From a virus: a DNA stretch of 64,000 nucleotides. Made by a program: the position numbers and the translations under genes. The notes beneath the pieces are model-generated. The model saw nothing but the letters and a program-made list of their open reading frames with translations, ran no database searches and had not been told where the DNA came from. Shown piece after piece: positions 1 through 9,595 of this stretch. The stretch spans positions 21,819 to 85,818 of IMG/VR virus record IMGVR_UViG_3300028840_002104; one strand, written 5' to 3'. Each line of letters begins with the position of its first letter. The first letter of the stretch is position 1.

Positions 1-876
1 ATTCAGGCTGTGGAGTGGGCCAGAACTGCCGACGACAACAACTCCTTGCAAAATTCAGCCGACTTATACGACGCCGAAGGACTGGCCCCTCCGCCTTTTC
101 TCTTTCACGACGAAGTTCCTTCAGGAAACCTGAAGAGAAGGGACGCACTTAGAGCTTTTCCTCGAATGGCTGAAGAAAGGTGGGGAGATACTTTCATTAC
201 CAAGATGGGGGGCATAATGCTCCCCTTCACTCCGCACCTCTTTGGTTTGAACAACCACGGATTTTGCCCTCCCAATTTTGTAGTGGGCAAGCTTCACGAA
301 AACTCACGGTTTGCATCAGGAGATTTTAGGCAAGATCCTGACGCTGAAGAGGAAGAGCCTCCTTACGGAGAGGCGGCTGAGCAGAGATCCGACGACAGAA
401 TTATACCCATTGACTCAGCAGTTATTATGTTTAGCGGAGACTGGTCCATAGGACAAGGTGTGGTTACTTTTGGTGGTCTTGATGATGGCTCACCAAGCTC
501 CGCGACAGCAGGAGACTACGCTGTTGGGGTTGTCACCGCTCGTCTTGAGAACGGTCTTTATCTAATCCAAGTCAGCGGAGTTTGCCGAGCTTTTGGTTGG
601 GTAGAAAATCTTGTGACCTATTCTGAAGGCACGGAAGACGAGGTTGTAGGCTCTGAGCCCGGTTATGGTTCTACGACAAGAGTCTATCCAAAGCAGTACT
701 CAAGTACGGGATTTTTTACGCCATCTGCTTTGGGTAATGCTATTCCTGTTATTGCCGCTTTCTACCCTCCAGAGGAGTACGAAGAGGGCAAGTATCGTGT
801 TCCTCTCTTGGTTAGTCTAGGAGCTTCTGGTGGTGGAGGCGGCGCTAACTTCATCTCCTTTTCGGAGTACCCATGA
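1..876 (+). CDS. Putative virion structural protein, 5'-truncated by window edge
   Basis: Frame is open from base 1; acidic, Gly-rich; first gene of the tightly coupled 1-9.5 kb block. Confidence 0.5.
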   Translation: MQAVEWARTADDNNSLQNSADLYDAEGLAPPPFLFHDEVPSGNLKRRDALRAFPRMAEERWGDTFITKMGGIMLPFTPHLFGLNNHGFCPPNFVVGKLHENSRFASGDFRQDPDAEEEEPPYGEAAEQRSDDRIIPIDSAVIMFSGDWSIGQGVVTFGGLDDGSPSSATAGDYAVGVVTARLENGLYLIQVSGVCRAFGWVENLVTYSEGTEDEVVGSEPGYGSTTRVYPKQYSSTGFFTPSALGNAIPVIAAFYPPEEYEEGKYRVPLLVSLGASGGGGGANFISFSEYP

Positions 877-3341
877 GCTATACGGTTCATCCACCCTTTT
901 ACTTGTTTGACTACGGCACGGATATAGATCTCATGGGCTGGAACGAAAACAGAGGCTTGATTTTCAACTCTACGCCTCTTAAGATAGCCTACCCAACGGA
1001 TCTTTACAGAGGTCGTGTTCCTTTGTGGTCTAGTCACATTGAGCAAGTTTTCAACTACCACAATGATCTTCGCCTGGCAGCGGGAAGAGACCCTTATGAG
1101 TTTCATGCCTACATAGACGCTTTCCACTCGGATGTCTACGCGGCCAGAAATGGCTTGACCATGACTCAGGCAACGCTCTATGGAAGCACCGTTCATTTTG
1201 GTGTCTTGGAAATTGTACCTTTTGACTGCCTCTGGTACTCTCGTTGGCGCAGATCTAGTATCCAGGAAGTTCCAATCATTCCTTTCTGCTATTTTCCTGA
1301 AGAGATGGGCAGAGAGCCAAAAGAGCTTGAGTTTTTTGGGGGTGGCAGGCTTCCCTGGGAAAACATTGAGGTTATTGGCTTCAACGGAGATGTTGACTGG
1401 ACAAATAATGATCCTGACTACAGACGAATCAATGGTGTCTGGGAAGGTCTTCTTTTCTATCGCAGGCTCCGAGATTCAAATGGTGTTGAGAGAGACCTAA
1501 TTTCCATCAAGCAGCTCTACACAACGGGAGACGAGCGTGGGGATGAGTTTTGGTATTGGCCAAATAGTTTCTACAGACAACTCTTCTTTGGAGCTACTCC
1601 GAGCTACAAAAGACCTGACATCTACATTGACCGTCCTTATCCAGGCTCTCGGTCTAGGGATACTAGACCAGAGTACGAGTATTTTGAGACTCAGCCTCGT
1701 TGGGAGACTCCTGCCTACTTGGGTCCGTTTAAGAACACACATTTCGATCTTATTGAAGTTCCAGAAGAGCTTCCTGAAGGAACAGAGTCTTTTGAAGTTG
1801 ACGTCCCTGTTAGAAGTTCTGACGGCGCAGACTTAGGGATTTCCTTAACACTTAACTTTTCTCGTCCTGGTGTAGATCAGGCAATCTTCTATGTTGGTTT
1901 CCGTCTCCTTCGGACAGAGCCTTCTTTCTTTGAAGAGCATCTGCCTTTGGTTGGTTCTCCGGATCTTTTTAATGAGAGGATGAACTTCCACATCATGCAG
2001 GAAAGGCATCTGACAGAAAGAGGCGGAAACATTAATCCTTCTGATAACGCCATCTATAGCTACTTAGAAATAATTCCGTTTTCGGAATACGCTTTGTTCT
2101 CAATGGGGCGAAACACGATCTTTCCGCGCTTCAGTCATTCCTATCTTGACGGAAGATCTAAGGCGCGAAAAATAGTTGCCCATGTTGATTCGATGCCAGC
2201 AGAAAGTCGTTTCTCTTTCAAACCAGGAGACAACGTTGCTTCTTTCGAGGGAACGCCTACACTGACAGGCTACGCTTCAAACTTTAGGGATTACTTTGCC
2301 GAAGCGCGGGAATCTCTAGAGGGCTTGATTGAAGACGGCTTGATAGTGAGAAAGAATGTAGGCGGAAACGACACCCCAGAGATTGGTTCTTTGCCTGACT
2401 TTCTCCGAACTAAGTACACATCCGAAGGAGAGAGAGACGAGCTATGGAGTGAACAGCCTTGGCCTGATCGTACCAAGTTTGATGAATGGGAGCATGAACT
2501 TTCTGAGATAGGAACTAAAGTAGTTGTTCTAAAGCCTGAAGATCCGGAGGTCTATGATCTTAGAATAGAAGTCTTGAGAGGGCCTTGGGACATTGATCTA
2601 GATGAAGTTGCTTTCCGTTCTTTCTCAGTTCCAAGACTTCATCTTAGGCTTGATTGCGGCACGGGCCTCTTGGCTTACGATACTGTTATATTGGCTCCCG
2701 GAGGCTCTGCGTGGGCTCCAGGAGTTTGGCCTCTAGGCCCACATAATCTAAATTGGTCTCCTGGGGATACTCTCGAAAGTCACGTATACTATAATCGGTT
2801 TCCTGAAGCGTATGCTCTCTTGGAGTCTGAGATCTTGTCGGAAATAGACTCCAACCCTTGGACTGTTCTTGATGCGGCGGGCAGTAGTGCTCAGCCTGAT
2901 CCAACAACTCCGCTCGGAAGGCAAGACTGGTTTGACTCAGAAGCTATTCAAAGCGGCTTGGATGCCTATAAGAATTTGCCAGGCAACGGAGGAGGTTACA
3001 CTTTTTGGTACTCTCTTGAGGACATTCTCGGCAAGCTACACTTTAGCGCGTATACCTGGTCTGGCTACGGCAGCTCTGACTGGACAAGAATTACGACCGG
3101 TATTTCTAGGAATATCATTGGCGGTCATATTGTCATGCTTGTGTCTGATCCTTGGATATATCGCATGTTCGGCCAGGATATTACAGGGGACCCTTTCGCG
3201 GAGGGTTGGCTTCTTCCTGCTCTTGGAGAGGGTCTTGCTAGAGCAGGCATACGACTTGACGTTTTAACCAGAAGCGAAAGTGGCGCGGAAAGAATAGAAG
3301 AGCTTACTGAACCTACAGGCGGTAAAATACTAGTTTTCTAG
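873..3341 (+). CDS. Large hypothetical protein, probably virion/tail
   Basis: 822 aa, ATGA overlap with upstream gene, aromatic/acidic composition; no recognisable motif. Confidence 0.5.
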   Translation: MSYTVHPPFYLFDYGTDIDLMGWNENRGLIFNSTPLKIAYPTDLYRGRVPLWSSHIEQVFNYHNDLRLAAGRDPYEFHAYIDAFHSDVYAARNGLTMTQATLYGSTVHFGVLEIVPFDCLWYSRWRRSSIQEVPIIPFCYFPEEMGREPKELEFFGGGRLPWENIEVIGFNGDVDWTNNDPDYRRINGVWEGLLFYRRLRDSNGVERDLISIKQLYTTGDERGDEFWYWPNSFYRQLFFGATPSYKRPDIYIDRPYPGSRSRDTRPEYEYFETQPRWETPAYLGPFKNTHFDLIEVPEELPEGTESFEVDVPVRSSDGADLGISLTLNFSRPGVDQAIFYVGFRLLRTEPSFFEEHLPLVGSPDLFNERMNFHIMQERHLTERGGNINPSDNAIYSYLEIIPFSEYALFSMGRNTIFPRFSHSYLDGRSKARKIVAHVDSMPAESRFSFKPGDNVASFEGTPTLTGYASNFRDYFAEARESLEGLIEDGLIVRKNVGGNDTPEIGSLPDFLRTKYTSEGERDELWSEQPWPDRTKFDEWEHELSEIGTKVVVLKPEDPEVYDLRIEVLRGPWDIDLDEVAFRSFSVPRLHLRLDCGTGLLAYDTVILAPGGSAWAPGVWPLGPHNLNWSPGDTLESHVYYNRFPEAYALLESEILSEIDSNPWTVLDAAGSSAQPDPTTPLGRQDWFDSEAIQSGLDAYKNLPGNGGGYTFWYSLEDILGKLHFSAYTWSGYGSSDWTRITTGISRNIIGGHIVMLVSDPWIYRMFGQDITGDPFAEGWLLPALGEGLARAGIRLDVLTRSESGAERIEELTEPTGGKILVF

Positions 3342-3351
3342 GAGGTTTCCA

Positions 3352-4353
3352 ATGTCTAGACCTTGGGATTTAGGTTTCTATCACAGTGGCGCAGGAGACG
3401 ATGATCTTGGTGGAGCAATAGGTAGCAGGATAGACAATGCTGACATGATCTCTTGGACGTCTCTTGTGAATGTTACAGGAGTTACGATCATTGATGCTGC
3501 TTCATTTCATGCTTTGGACCTAGACGAGAATCCTCTAGGAGTACTTGCTTATGAGAACGCTTCAGGTTCGCTAAAGTGGCAGCCTCCAGGAGAAGCTGTC
3601 TTTGGTTCTCTGGTGGATGTGGGAGCTGGCGGTCTAAACTACTTGTACGGACCTTATGATGACTCTCAGTATCTCGCTGTCGAAGTTCAGGCAGGCAGTC
3701 TTCCAGGAAGTGACCAGCAGGATAATGTGAATTTCTCCTACATCAGCAATGTGATCTTCGACGACGTTACTTCTCAGGAAAGCGAGACCGGGGACATTGA
3801 GTACAAGGGCTTTTTTATCAAGAACGAGAGCGGGGATTTTCTAACTGGTCTACAAGTCTATGCGGATGTTTCCTATGTTGATTCCGGTGCTCTTGTTTCA
3901 GGCTATGGTAGTTCAGGAAGTGTTGAAGTAGACATGGGAAGTTATCTTGCCGATTTTCCTGCATCAGGCTTCATGTATAATTCGGAAAGAAGTGAGGCCC
4001 TCTATTACGCATCGAAGTCTATAGACGGTACGAAGGCTCTGGTTTCTTCCGCAGGAAGAGGTGTCCGAGGAACGGCTGCTGCGGCGGGTCTGGCAGGTGA
4101 CGGCATTAACTACTATGCTCCCATTGACCTGGGATTTGAAGAGCCCTCTGGTGGGAGTATCCAGACAATAGCGAATGAAAGCACAGCTCCTTCGGGAGTA
4201 AGTTTCAACTACCACGGTCTTTCTTCAGTCAAACTGCTTGGTGGCCTCGGTCCTCTAGAAATGTGGGGAGTCTGGCTCAAGAGATTTGTTCAGGTCAACT
4301 CAAGGCCCCTTGTTGGCCAGAGAGGGTCACTTCGGTTTGTCTTCGACAACTAA
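3352..4353 (+). CDS. Putative tail/baseplate protein (paralog of 6748-7782)
   Basis: SD GGAGG; shares N(V/I)FDD.T..E.E.G..Y, PID.G and WL.R blocks with 6748-7782. Confidence 0.55.
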   Translation: MSRPWDLGFYHSGAGDDDLGGAIGSRIDNADMISWTSLVNVTGVTIIDAASFHALDLDENPLGVLAYENASGSLKWQPPGEAVFGSLVDVGAGGLNYLYGPYDDSQYLAVEVQAGSLPGSDQQDNVNFSYISNVIFDDVTSQESETGDIEYKGFFIKNESGDFLTGLQVYADVSYVDSGALVSGYGSSGSVEVDMGSYLADFPASGFMYNSERSEALYYASKSIDGTKALVSSAGRGVRGTAAAAGLAGDGINYYAPIDLGFEEPSGGSIQTIANESTAPSGVSFNYHGLSSVKLLGGLGPLEMWGVWLKRFVQVNSRPLVGQRGSLRFVFDN

Positions 4354-4363
4354 GGAATGACAC

Positions 4364-5956
4364 ATGGCAGATCATTACGTCAATTTTGACGCTACAAACA
4401 ATGGTGATGGTACTACTTGGACAGATGCGGCTGCTCCAGGAGGGGCGGGTGCTTGGAATCAGTTCACAGCCGCTGAGCACGCTTCTGTTTCAGCAGGAGA
4501 CTTTGTTTGGTTCAAGCCCGGAAATTCGACAAGAAAGTCTCTGTCACCGAAGGCGGGGAGTTTAGGTAGCTGGATTCATTACTGCTCTTGGCCCTCTGCT
4601 AGCCATCGTTACTATGAATCTAGGCCCTCAGGTCCTAGAACTACTTGGGACCCTCTTGGTGAGTGGGCAAATCTTCTTTCCTTAGTCGCGGAAAGCCATA
4701 ACTGGTACTCAGGTTTTAACATTGCTCAAGGTTCTGATGGTTTTAAGATCAATTCCAAGGAAGATGTCTATGGGGAAAGAATAGATTCCACTCAGTACGA
4801 TCCTTCCACGTCCAAAGGAGGGCTTCAGATTGTTAGTTCTAAGCAGATCTTTCTCTACAGTTGCTGGTTTAGAGGTAATTCCACAGTTTCTGGCACAAGA
4901 AACGGCATTGACATTGATTCTGCGGAAGCAGTTACCCTGTCGTCTTGTCAAGTAGAAGCAGGAACTTCTGATGCATGGATGGTCTACTGTTTAGATAGCA
5001 AAGGTGTTCGTCTCTTCACCGCTTCTCTCACAGGAACTGAACCTGGCTACGGAATGGGTTTCGTGGGCTGCTCTCGTTGTTCACTGCGTAATTGTGAGAC
5101 TAGCAAGATCAGAAGTAGATATAGCTCGGACCTTCACATGATCTTTTGTGAAACAACCGAAGGCTCAAGTGACTACGGTCTTGAGATTATGGATATTACA
5201 GATTCTGACGATGATTCGTGTCATATTGTCGCGGACTCTTGTATCTTTGAAGGAAGCAGTGCCGACGTGTACCTTCCTTCGGGAAACCTGAAGGGCTCTA
5301 TCATTGGCTCTGAGAACACTTTTGACCTTCCGAGTTTGACACAGGATCCCGACAACAAGTTTCTGATTTCCTTGTCCAACCACAACAGCGTTGACAATAA
5401 TTTCATTCAGCGAAGTTGGGCGGGAGACATCAGCGTTTCGCCTGTCAAGCGAGAGGGCCACTATTGGTTTAGTTATTTGATGTCCCCTAGCTCTGCTGTC
5501 GGCACATCTGGCGGAGTTGACGGCCTTGTCCTGAGCCCTCCAGGTCATGAGACAATGAGAGTAGTTTTTCCTGAAGTTCCTTGGTACGACGGATACGCCA
5601 TGATTAAAATATACGGAGCTTATTCTTCAGGCTGGTCTTCGGGAGAGCTAAACCACCACACTCTCTGGGCAGAGGGCGAGGTTCTTTTGGAGTACACCCG
5701 AAGAGCCCTGATTCCCATGGTAAATCAAAGGCATTATTTAAGCGGCCTGGACGAAGATATAGGAACAGGTAGCACAGAAGATACGGCGTCAACTTGGTCT
5801 GACGGAACCGTAACTCCTTTTGTTTTGACCCTTTCCTGCTTTTTTGGCTCACTAGAATTTTTGGACAGAAGAGCGCAAATAAGGGTCTATTTGGCGAATT
5901 CTGGTGGTCTCGTATACATTGACCCTGTTCCGGAGGTTGCGAGGTACTATTTCTGA
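4364..5956 (+). CDS. Putative tail spike / right-handed beta-helix (pectin-lyase-like) protein
   Basis: N-terminal YVNFDATNNGDGTTWTDA motif typical of beta-helix proteins; repeated G(I/L).I..S..V.L..C rungs. Confidence 0.55.
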   Translation: MADHYVNFDATNNGDGTTWTDAAAPGGAGAWNQFTAAEHASVSAGDFVWFKPGNSTRKSLSPKAGSLGSWIHYCSWPSASHRYYESRPSGPRTTWDPLGEWANLLSLVAESHNWYSGFNIAQGSDGFKINSKEDVYGERIDSTQYDPSTSKGGLQIVSSKQIFLYSCWFRGNSTVSGTRNGIDIDSAEAVTLSSCQVEAGTSDAWMVYCLDSKGVRLFTASLTGTEPGYGMGFVGCSRCSLRNCETSKIRSRYSSDLHMIFCETTEGSSDYGLEIMDITDSDDDSCHIVADSCIFEGSSADVYLPSGNLKGSIIGSENTFDLPSLTQDPDNKFLISLSNHNSVDNNFIQRSWAGDISVSPVKREGHYWFSYLMSPSSAVGTSGGVDGLVLSPPGHETMRVVFPEVPWYDGYAMIKIYGAYSSGWSSGELNHHTLWAEGEVLLEYTRRALIPMVNQRHYLSGLDEDIGTGSTEDTASTWSDGTVTPFVLTLSCFFGSLEFLDRRAQIRVYLANSGGLVYIDPVPEVARYYF

Positions 5957-6234
5957 TGGATGTCTGGAATCGTTTCGGCCTAATCCGACAAGCTGACCAA
6001 AAGTATTGGACTCCCCACGGTCTTTTGATCCACGGGAATCCTCAGAAGGTCCTTGGTCTTGAGGAATACGAGATTGAGGCGTACATACTCTCTTCCCAGG
6101 CTCTTGATAAGTGGGATATCTCAGGTGTCAAGGGTCCTAGAAGTAGAGTGGGTGCTTCTCCAGGAGTACCTTCTACTGCTACAGGGAGAGACAAGGCAGC
6201 CAAGCCTTATGTGACGCAAGGAGGTTTCTTGTGA
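5956..6234 (+). CDS. Hypothetical protein
   Basis: Coupled to both neighbours (TGATG, GTGA). Confidence 0.5.
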   Translation: MDVWNRFGLIRQADQKYWTPHGLLIHGNPQKVLGLEEYEIEAYILSSQALDKWDISGVKGPRSRVGASPGVPSTATGRDKAAKPYVTQGGFL

Positions 6235-6737
6235 ACGTCACTTATCGTTTCTGGGTTTCAAATGCTGGTTTCATGGCCGAAGGACTAAGCCCTGATTTTG
6301 AGGCGCTTCATCGTGAGTCTGACGGCTTTGATCTCATAGGTTCCGCTCCGTCTATCACTGAGATTGGCGGAGGCTGGTACAAGTTCACCATTCCACAGAC
6401 AGACATGCCTATAGTAGGCGTGGTTGATGCAGATCCAGGAGACTCGAACAATCTTGACAGCAGGGATCGTTACATTCCTGTGTTCATGCATGAGGATGAC
6501 TACAATCTGGACTTGCAGCTCTCTTCGCTGAACATCTCGGCCTCTCAGATTGCAGATGCAGTTTGGCAGGAACCAATTGATGACCATGATGGGGTGTCCG
6601 GCTCTGCTGCCCAGTATCAGTCTGTTCTCCTGCGCGGTGAGTGGGAACTAGATGGCAGTACCTTGAAGCTAAAGACTCCAGAGGGCGTGACCTTCCAGGA
6701 ATTCACGATCAGTACGACAGCTCGAACGCCAACGTAA
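6231..6737 (+). CDS. Hypothetical virion-associated protein
   Basis: SD GGAGG; ITEIGGGWYKF and IADAVW motifs of the kind seen in tail-region proteins. Confidence 0.5.
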   Translation: MNVTYRFWVSNAGFMAEGLSPDFEALHRESDGFDLIGSAPSITEIGGGWYKFTIPQTDMPIVGVVDADPGDSNNLDSRDRYIPVFMHEDDYNLDLQLSSLNISASQIADAVWQEPIDDHDGVSGSAAQYQSVLLRGEWELDGSTLKLKTPEGVTFQEFTISTTARTPT

Positions 6738-6747
6738 GGAGACTCCA

Positions 6748-7782
6748 GTGTCTTTGGATATTCGTTTCTTGCGAACAAATAGCCTGGCAACTCAGGATGG
6801 TCAGGCTGGCTACAACATGCGTGGTGGTAGGTACTCTGCTGATGAGATAGTTGATGTAATTGCGGAGCTTCCCTACGAGCTGACAGGAGTTAACTTCACC
6901 TCCGCTTCTTCGAGAAACCTCAGAGGCGGAAGAGTAGGCTATCTGAACTTCAACTACGATTATGGCTATTTCAACTACTCTTGGAACTATCGACACCAGA
7001 TGTCGTGGAAGGCTCCCGGGTCCCCTGAGTTTGGACCTACTCTTGATGTCCCCCTTGATCCCTTTGATATTTCCGCACGCATAGAGCTTTACGACGGATA
7101 TGATCCTGACAAGTATCTTCTTGTCGAAGTAGCCCAAGGCGAGCTTCCTCTCCAGAACTTCTCGGATCTTCCAGTCATGCTTCTTCCGAGCATCAACAAC
7201 ATCTTCGACGACGCCACGCCCCTTGAGGCGGAAGAAGGTATGACTGACTACAGATGCGTAGTTGCTCGAAACGTAGGAGACTCCTCGTGGACAACAGCCT
7301 CCCTTTGGTTAGAGACCAACATCTCTTCAACCACGGTTTCCAATTTCTCAGGATACGCCACTGAGGGAGAGATCACTATCAACGTAGCTTCTACCATCGG
7401 CTATCCCAAGTCAGCCTACATTTTCAATCGGAACTACGGTGAGATCATGCTGTATGACTACAAGACGCCTACTTCTTTCCACGTGCCAGTCCTGGGAAGA
7501 GGCGCTCTGGGGTCAACGGTGACTGGCGGTGAATACGAGAACACCATTGACTACTACGTGCCTATTGATGTGGGAGTAGGTGGCTCCTATCCAACGGTTA
7601 CAGTTAGCAGCTATGAGGCCCGTCCTTTCGGAATTACCTTTGCCCATCCCCTCCCAAATTCTCCTCTTTCGGCTACCGTGGTCAACGGAGAATTTGTACC
7701 CATTTGGCTAGGAAGACAGATCACTCCTGGCATGTCTGAGGTCGGTAAATTGCGGTTTGATCTTATTCTGGAGGCGGCATGA
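6748..7782 (+). CDS. Putative tail/baseplate protein (paralog of 3352-4353)
   Basis: SD AAGGAG; conserved blocks shared with 3352-4353. Confidence 0.55.
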   Translation: MSLDIRFLRTNSLATQDGQAGYNMRGGRYSADEIVDVIAELPYELTGVNFTSASSRNLRGGRVGYLNFNYDYGYFNYSWNYRHQMSWKAPGSPEFGPTLDVPLDPFDISARIELYDGYDPDKYLLVEVAQGELPLQNFSDLPVMLLPSINNIFDDATPLEAEEGMTDYRCVVARNVGDSSWTTASLWLETNISSTTVSNFSGYATEGEITINVASTIGYPKSAYIFNRNYGEIMLYDYKTPTSFHVPVLGRGALGSTVTGGEYENTIDYYVPIDVGVGGSYPTVTVSSYEARPFGITFAHPLPNSPLSATVVNGEFVPIWLGRQITPGMSEVGKLRFDLILEAA

Positions 7783-8579
7783 GACGAAGCCTTAGTGGAT
7801 CTTACGGCATCTGTAGGACTAAACGCTTCAATCTTCGAGAAGGCTTTGCTGTCTGGAATACTTCCAGAACCCTCGTGGATGGCCATAAGATTATGACCTT
7901 TGGTTACTTCCAGGATGATCCTGTCAGCTTTGAGACCATGGCCAAGTGGGGATACTTTGAAAGCTTGCCTGATCCTCCAGAGATCGAACTTTTTCCCGAT
8001 GTGACAAGCTATGACAACATGCAGCTAGCTGTCTTCGGAGACTTTGGTGTTGTCATGACTATTCCTTACTACTTCTACATCCTCGGCACCAGGAGAGTTC
8101 TCCAGGTTAGGGTCTGGTGGTGCAAAGACAAAGACGATGGGCCTGATCTGGCCGATTTGGTCTTGAAGGTAAATCCTCTGGATGCTTCTGAGCTTCAGCT
8201 AGGATCAGAGCTTGCTTCATATGCGATAGCCGGTCTTACTGAGGCAACAGCGGAGTACATACCCAATGGCTTGGACATGGGCTCTATGACCACTAACAGC
8301 TACAAAGATATCTATCTCGGCTTCCATGCTCCGCCTTCGGTGCAGAGCACGGGAGAAGTATACATGAAGGTTGACTTTGAAGCAGGTATTCCGCCATCTG
8401 ACATCGGAGATGCTGTCGTTGGTGGGTCTGCTCACTATGGCGGCCAGGACGCACCAATAGATCAGATCGTTCTTAACTATGACATCATTTTGGCCGTTCA
8501 TTGTATAACTTCCCAGGAAGCAGAGAACCTCCCAGGGACGGTTACAGGCGTACCAAGCCATATTGAATGGAGTGACTAG
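7779..8579 (+). CDS. Hypothetical virion protein
   Basis: 266 aa, SD GGAGG, ATGA overlap. Confidence 0.5.
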   Translation: MRRSLSGSYGICRTKRFNLREGFAVWNTSRTLVDGHKIMTFGYFQDDPVSFETMAKWGYFESLPDPPEIELFPDVTSYDNMQLAVFGDFGVVMTIPYYFYILGTRRVLQVRVWWCKDKDDGPDLADLVLKVNPLDASELQLGSELASYAIAGLTEATAEYIPNGLDMGSMTTNSYKDIYLGFHAPPSVQSTGEVYMKVDFEAGIPPSDIGDAVVGGSAHYGGQDAPIDQIVLNYDIILAVHCITSQEAENLPGTVTGVPSHIEWSD

Positions 8580-9500
8580 ATGAGCTTTCCTACGGACTCT
8601 CACGACGACTTTGTGACCATGGTTGACCATAGGCTTACTCCTGTGGATAACTCCGAGAGCTACGAGATACCAGAGGAGCCCTCTGATCCTACGGTCTATA
8701 CGGAAGAGCGACCTACCGAAGGGACCCTCTTTGTCACAGGCTCAATCACCTTCACGGAAGTTTCATACGAGCCTACTCAGAGCGGCGAGTTCTACGTGAA
8801 CTACAATACGGGACAGATCCTCTTCCATGAGGACGATAGAACCAAGGTAGTCACCGTTGTTTACCAAGGCGTGGGAAGTGCTTCTAAGGCGGTAGACTGG
8901 AACAACGTCTACACATCCATCCAGAATACTCAGGATGAGGTAACCGTCCTTAGAGACCTTCTGCTGGCAGGTAAGGTAGAGGCCACAGATCCTGTTTCTA
9001 AGAAGGTCCAGGTCTACGGAGGCACTTTCTATCCCACAGCCAAGATCCCTGCCACCTTGACGGACACATTGGTAGACTTCGCGTCTCCCCCGTACCTTCT
9101 CAGCGCCATCACGGTTTCCTATTGGAGACCCATTCTCTTGGTTGTGGACCCTGACGGCGACCTTGAGGTAATCGAGGGAACCATTTCCGCGACTGAGACA
9201 GACTTTAGCTTTCCTGGCACCTTTGAGCTGGCCTACAGGAACTATCTTGTGATCTGTGAGATCCACGTCCGAGACAACGGCACAGGCGCTCCAGGCACGA
9301 TCATAGATATCACGGACGACAAGATCTTTGATAGGCGGCCTTTGGTTGCTTCAGGCGCTCCTATTGAAGGAGTGGCTCCTCCTGCGAATTCCGTGGTTTT
9401 GTGGCCCTCTTCGGAGACAGTTCCCACAGGATGGCTCAGAATAGGCACAGAGACGCTCTCCCTCGGAGGGGTCGAGCACTTCTACATCAAGAGAACGTAA
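8580..9500 (+). CDS. Putative tail fibre-related protein
   Basis: GEFYVNYNTG repeat-like segment; C-terminal VVLW...VPTGW resembles a tail-collar motif; last gene of the structural block. Confidence 0.5.
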   Translation: MSFPTDSHDDFVTMVDHRLTPVDNSESYEIPEEPSDPTVYTEERPTEGTLFVTGSITFTEVSYEPTQSGEFYVNYNTGQILFHEDDRTKVVTVVYQGVGSASKAVDWNNVYTSIQNTQDEVTVLRDLLLAGKVEATDPVSKKVQVYGGTFYPTAKIPATLTDTLVDFASPPYLLSAITVSYWRPILLVVDPDGDLEVIEGTISATETDFSFPGTFELAYRNYLVICEIHVRDNGTGAPGTIIDITDDKIFDRRPLVASGAPIEGVAPPANSVVLWPSSETVPTGWLRIGTETLSLGGVEHFYIKRT

Positions 9501-9520
9501 AAAATACTACGTTTATACCC

Positions 9521-9550
9521 TTGACCCCTGCTTTCCAGCCGTGATACAAT
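9521..9550 (+). promoter_or_regulatory. sigma70-type promoter for the replication module
   Basis: TTGACC-N18-TACAAT with TGn extended -10. Confidence 0.65.
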
Positions 9551-9551
9551 G

Positions 9552-9568
9552 CTATTGACAGTCAATAG
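9552..9568. promoter_or_regulatory. Palindromic operator candidate
   Basis: CTATTGAC-A-GTCAATAG perfect inverted repeat over the predicted start site. Confidence 0.5.
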
Positions 9569-9595
9569 TTTGAAAGAATGGTCACGGAGGTTAGC

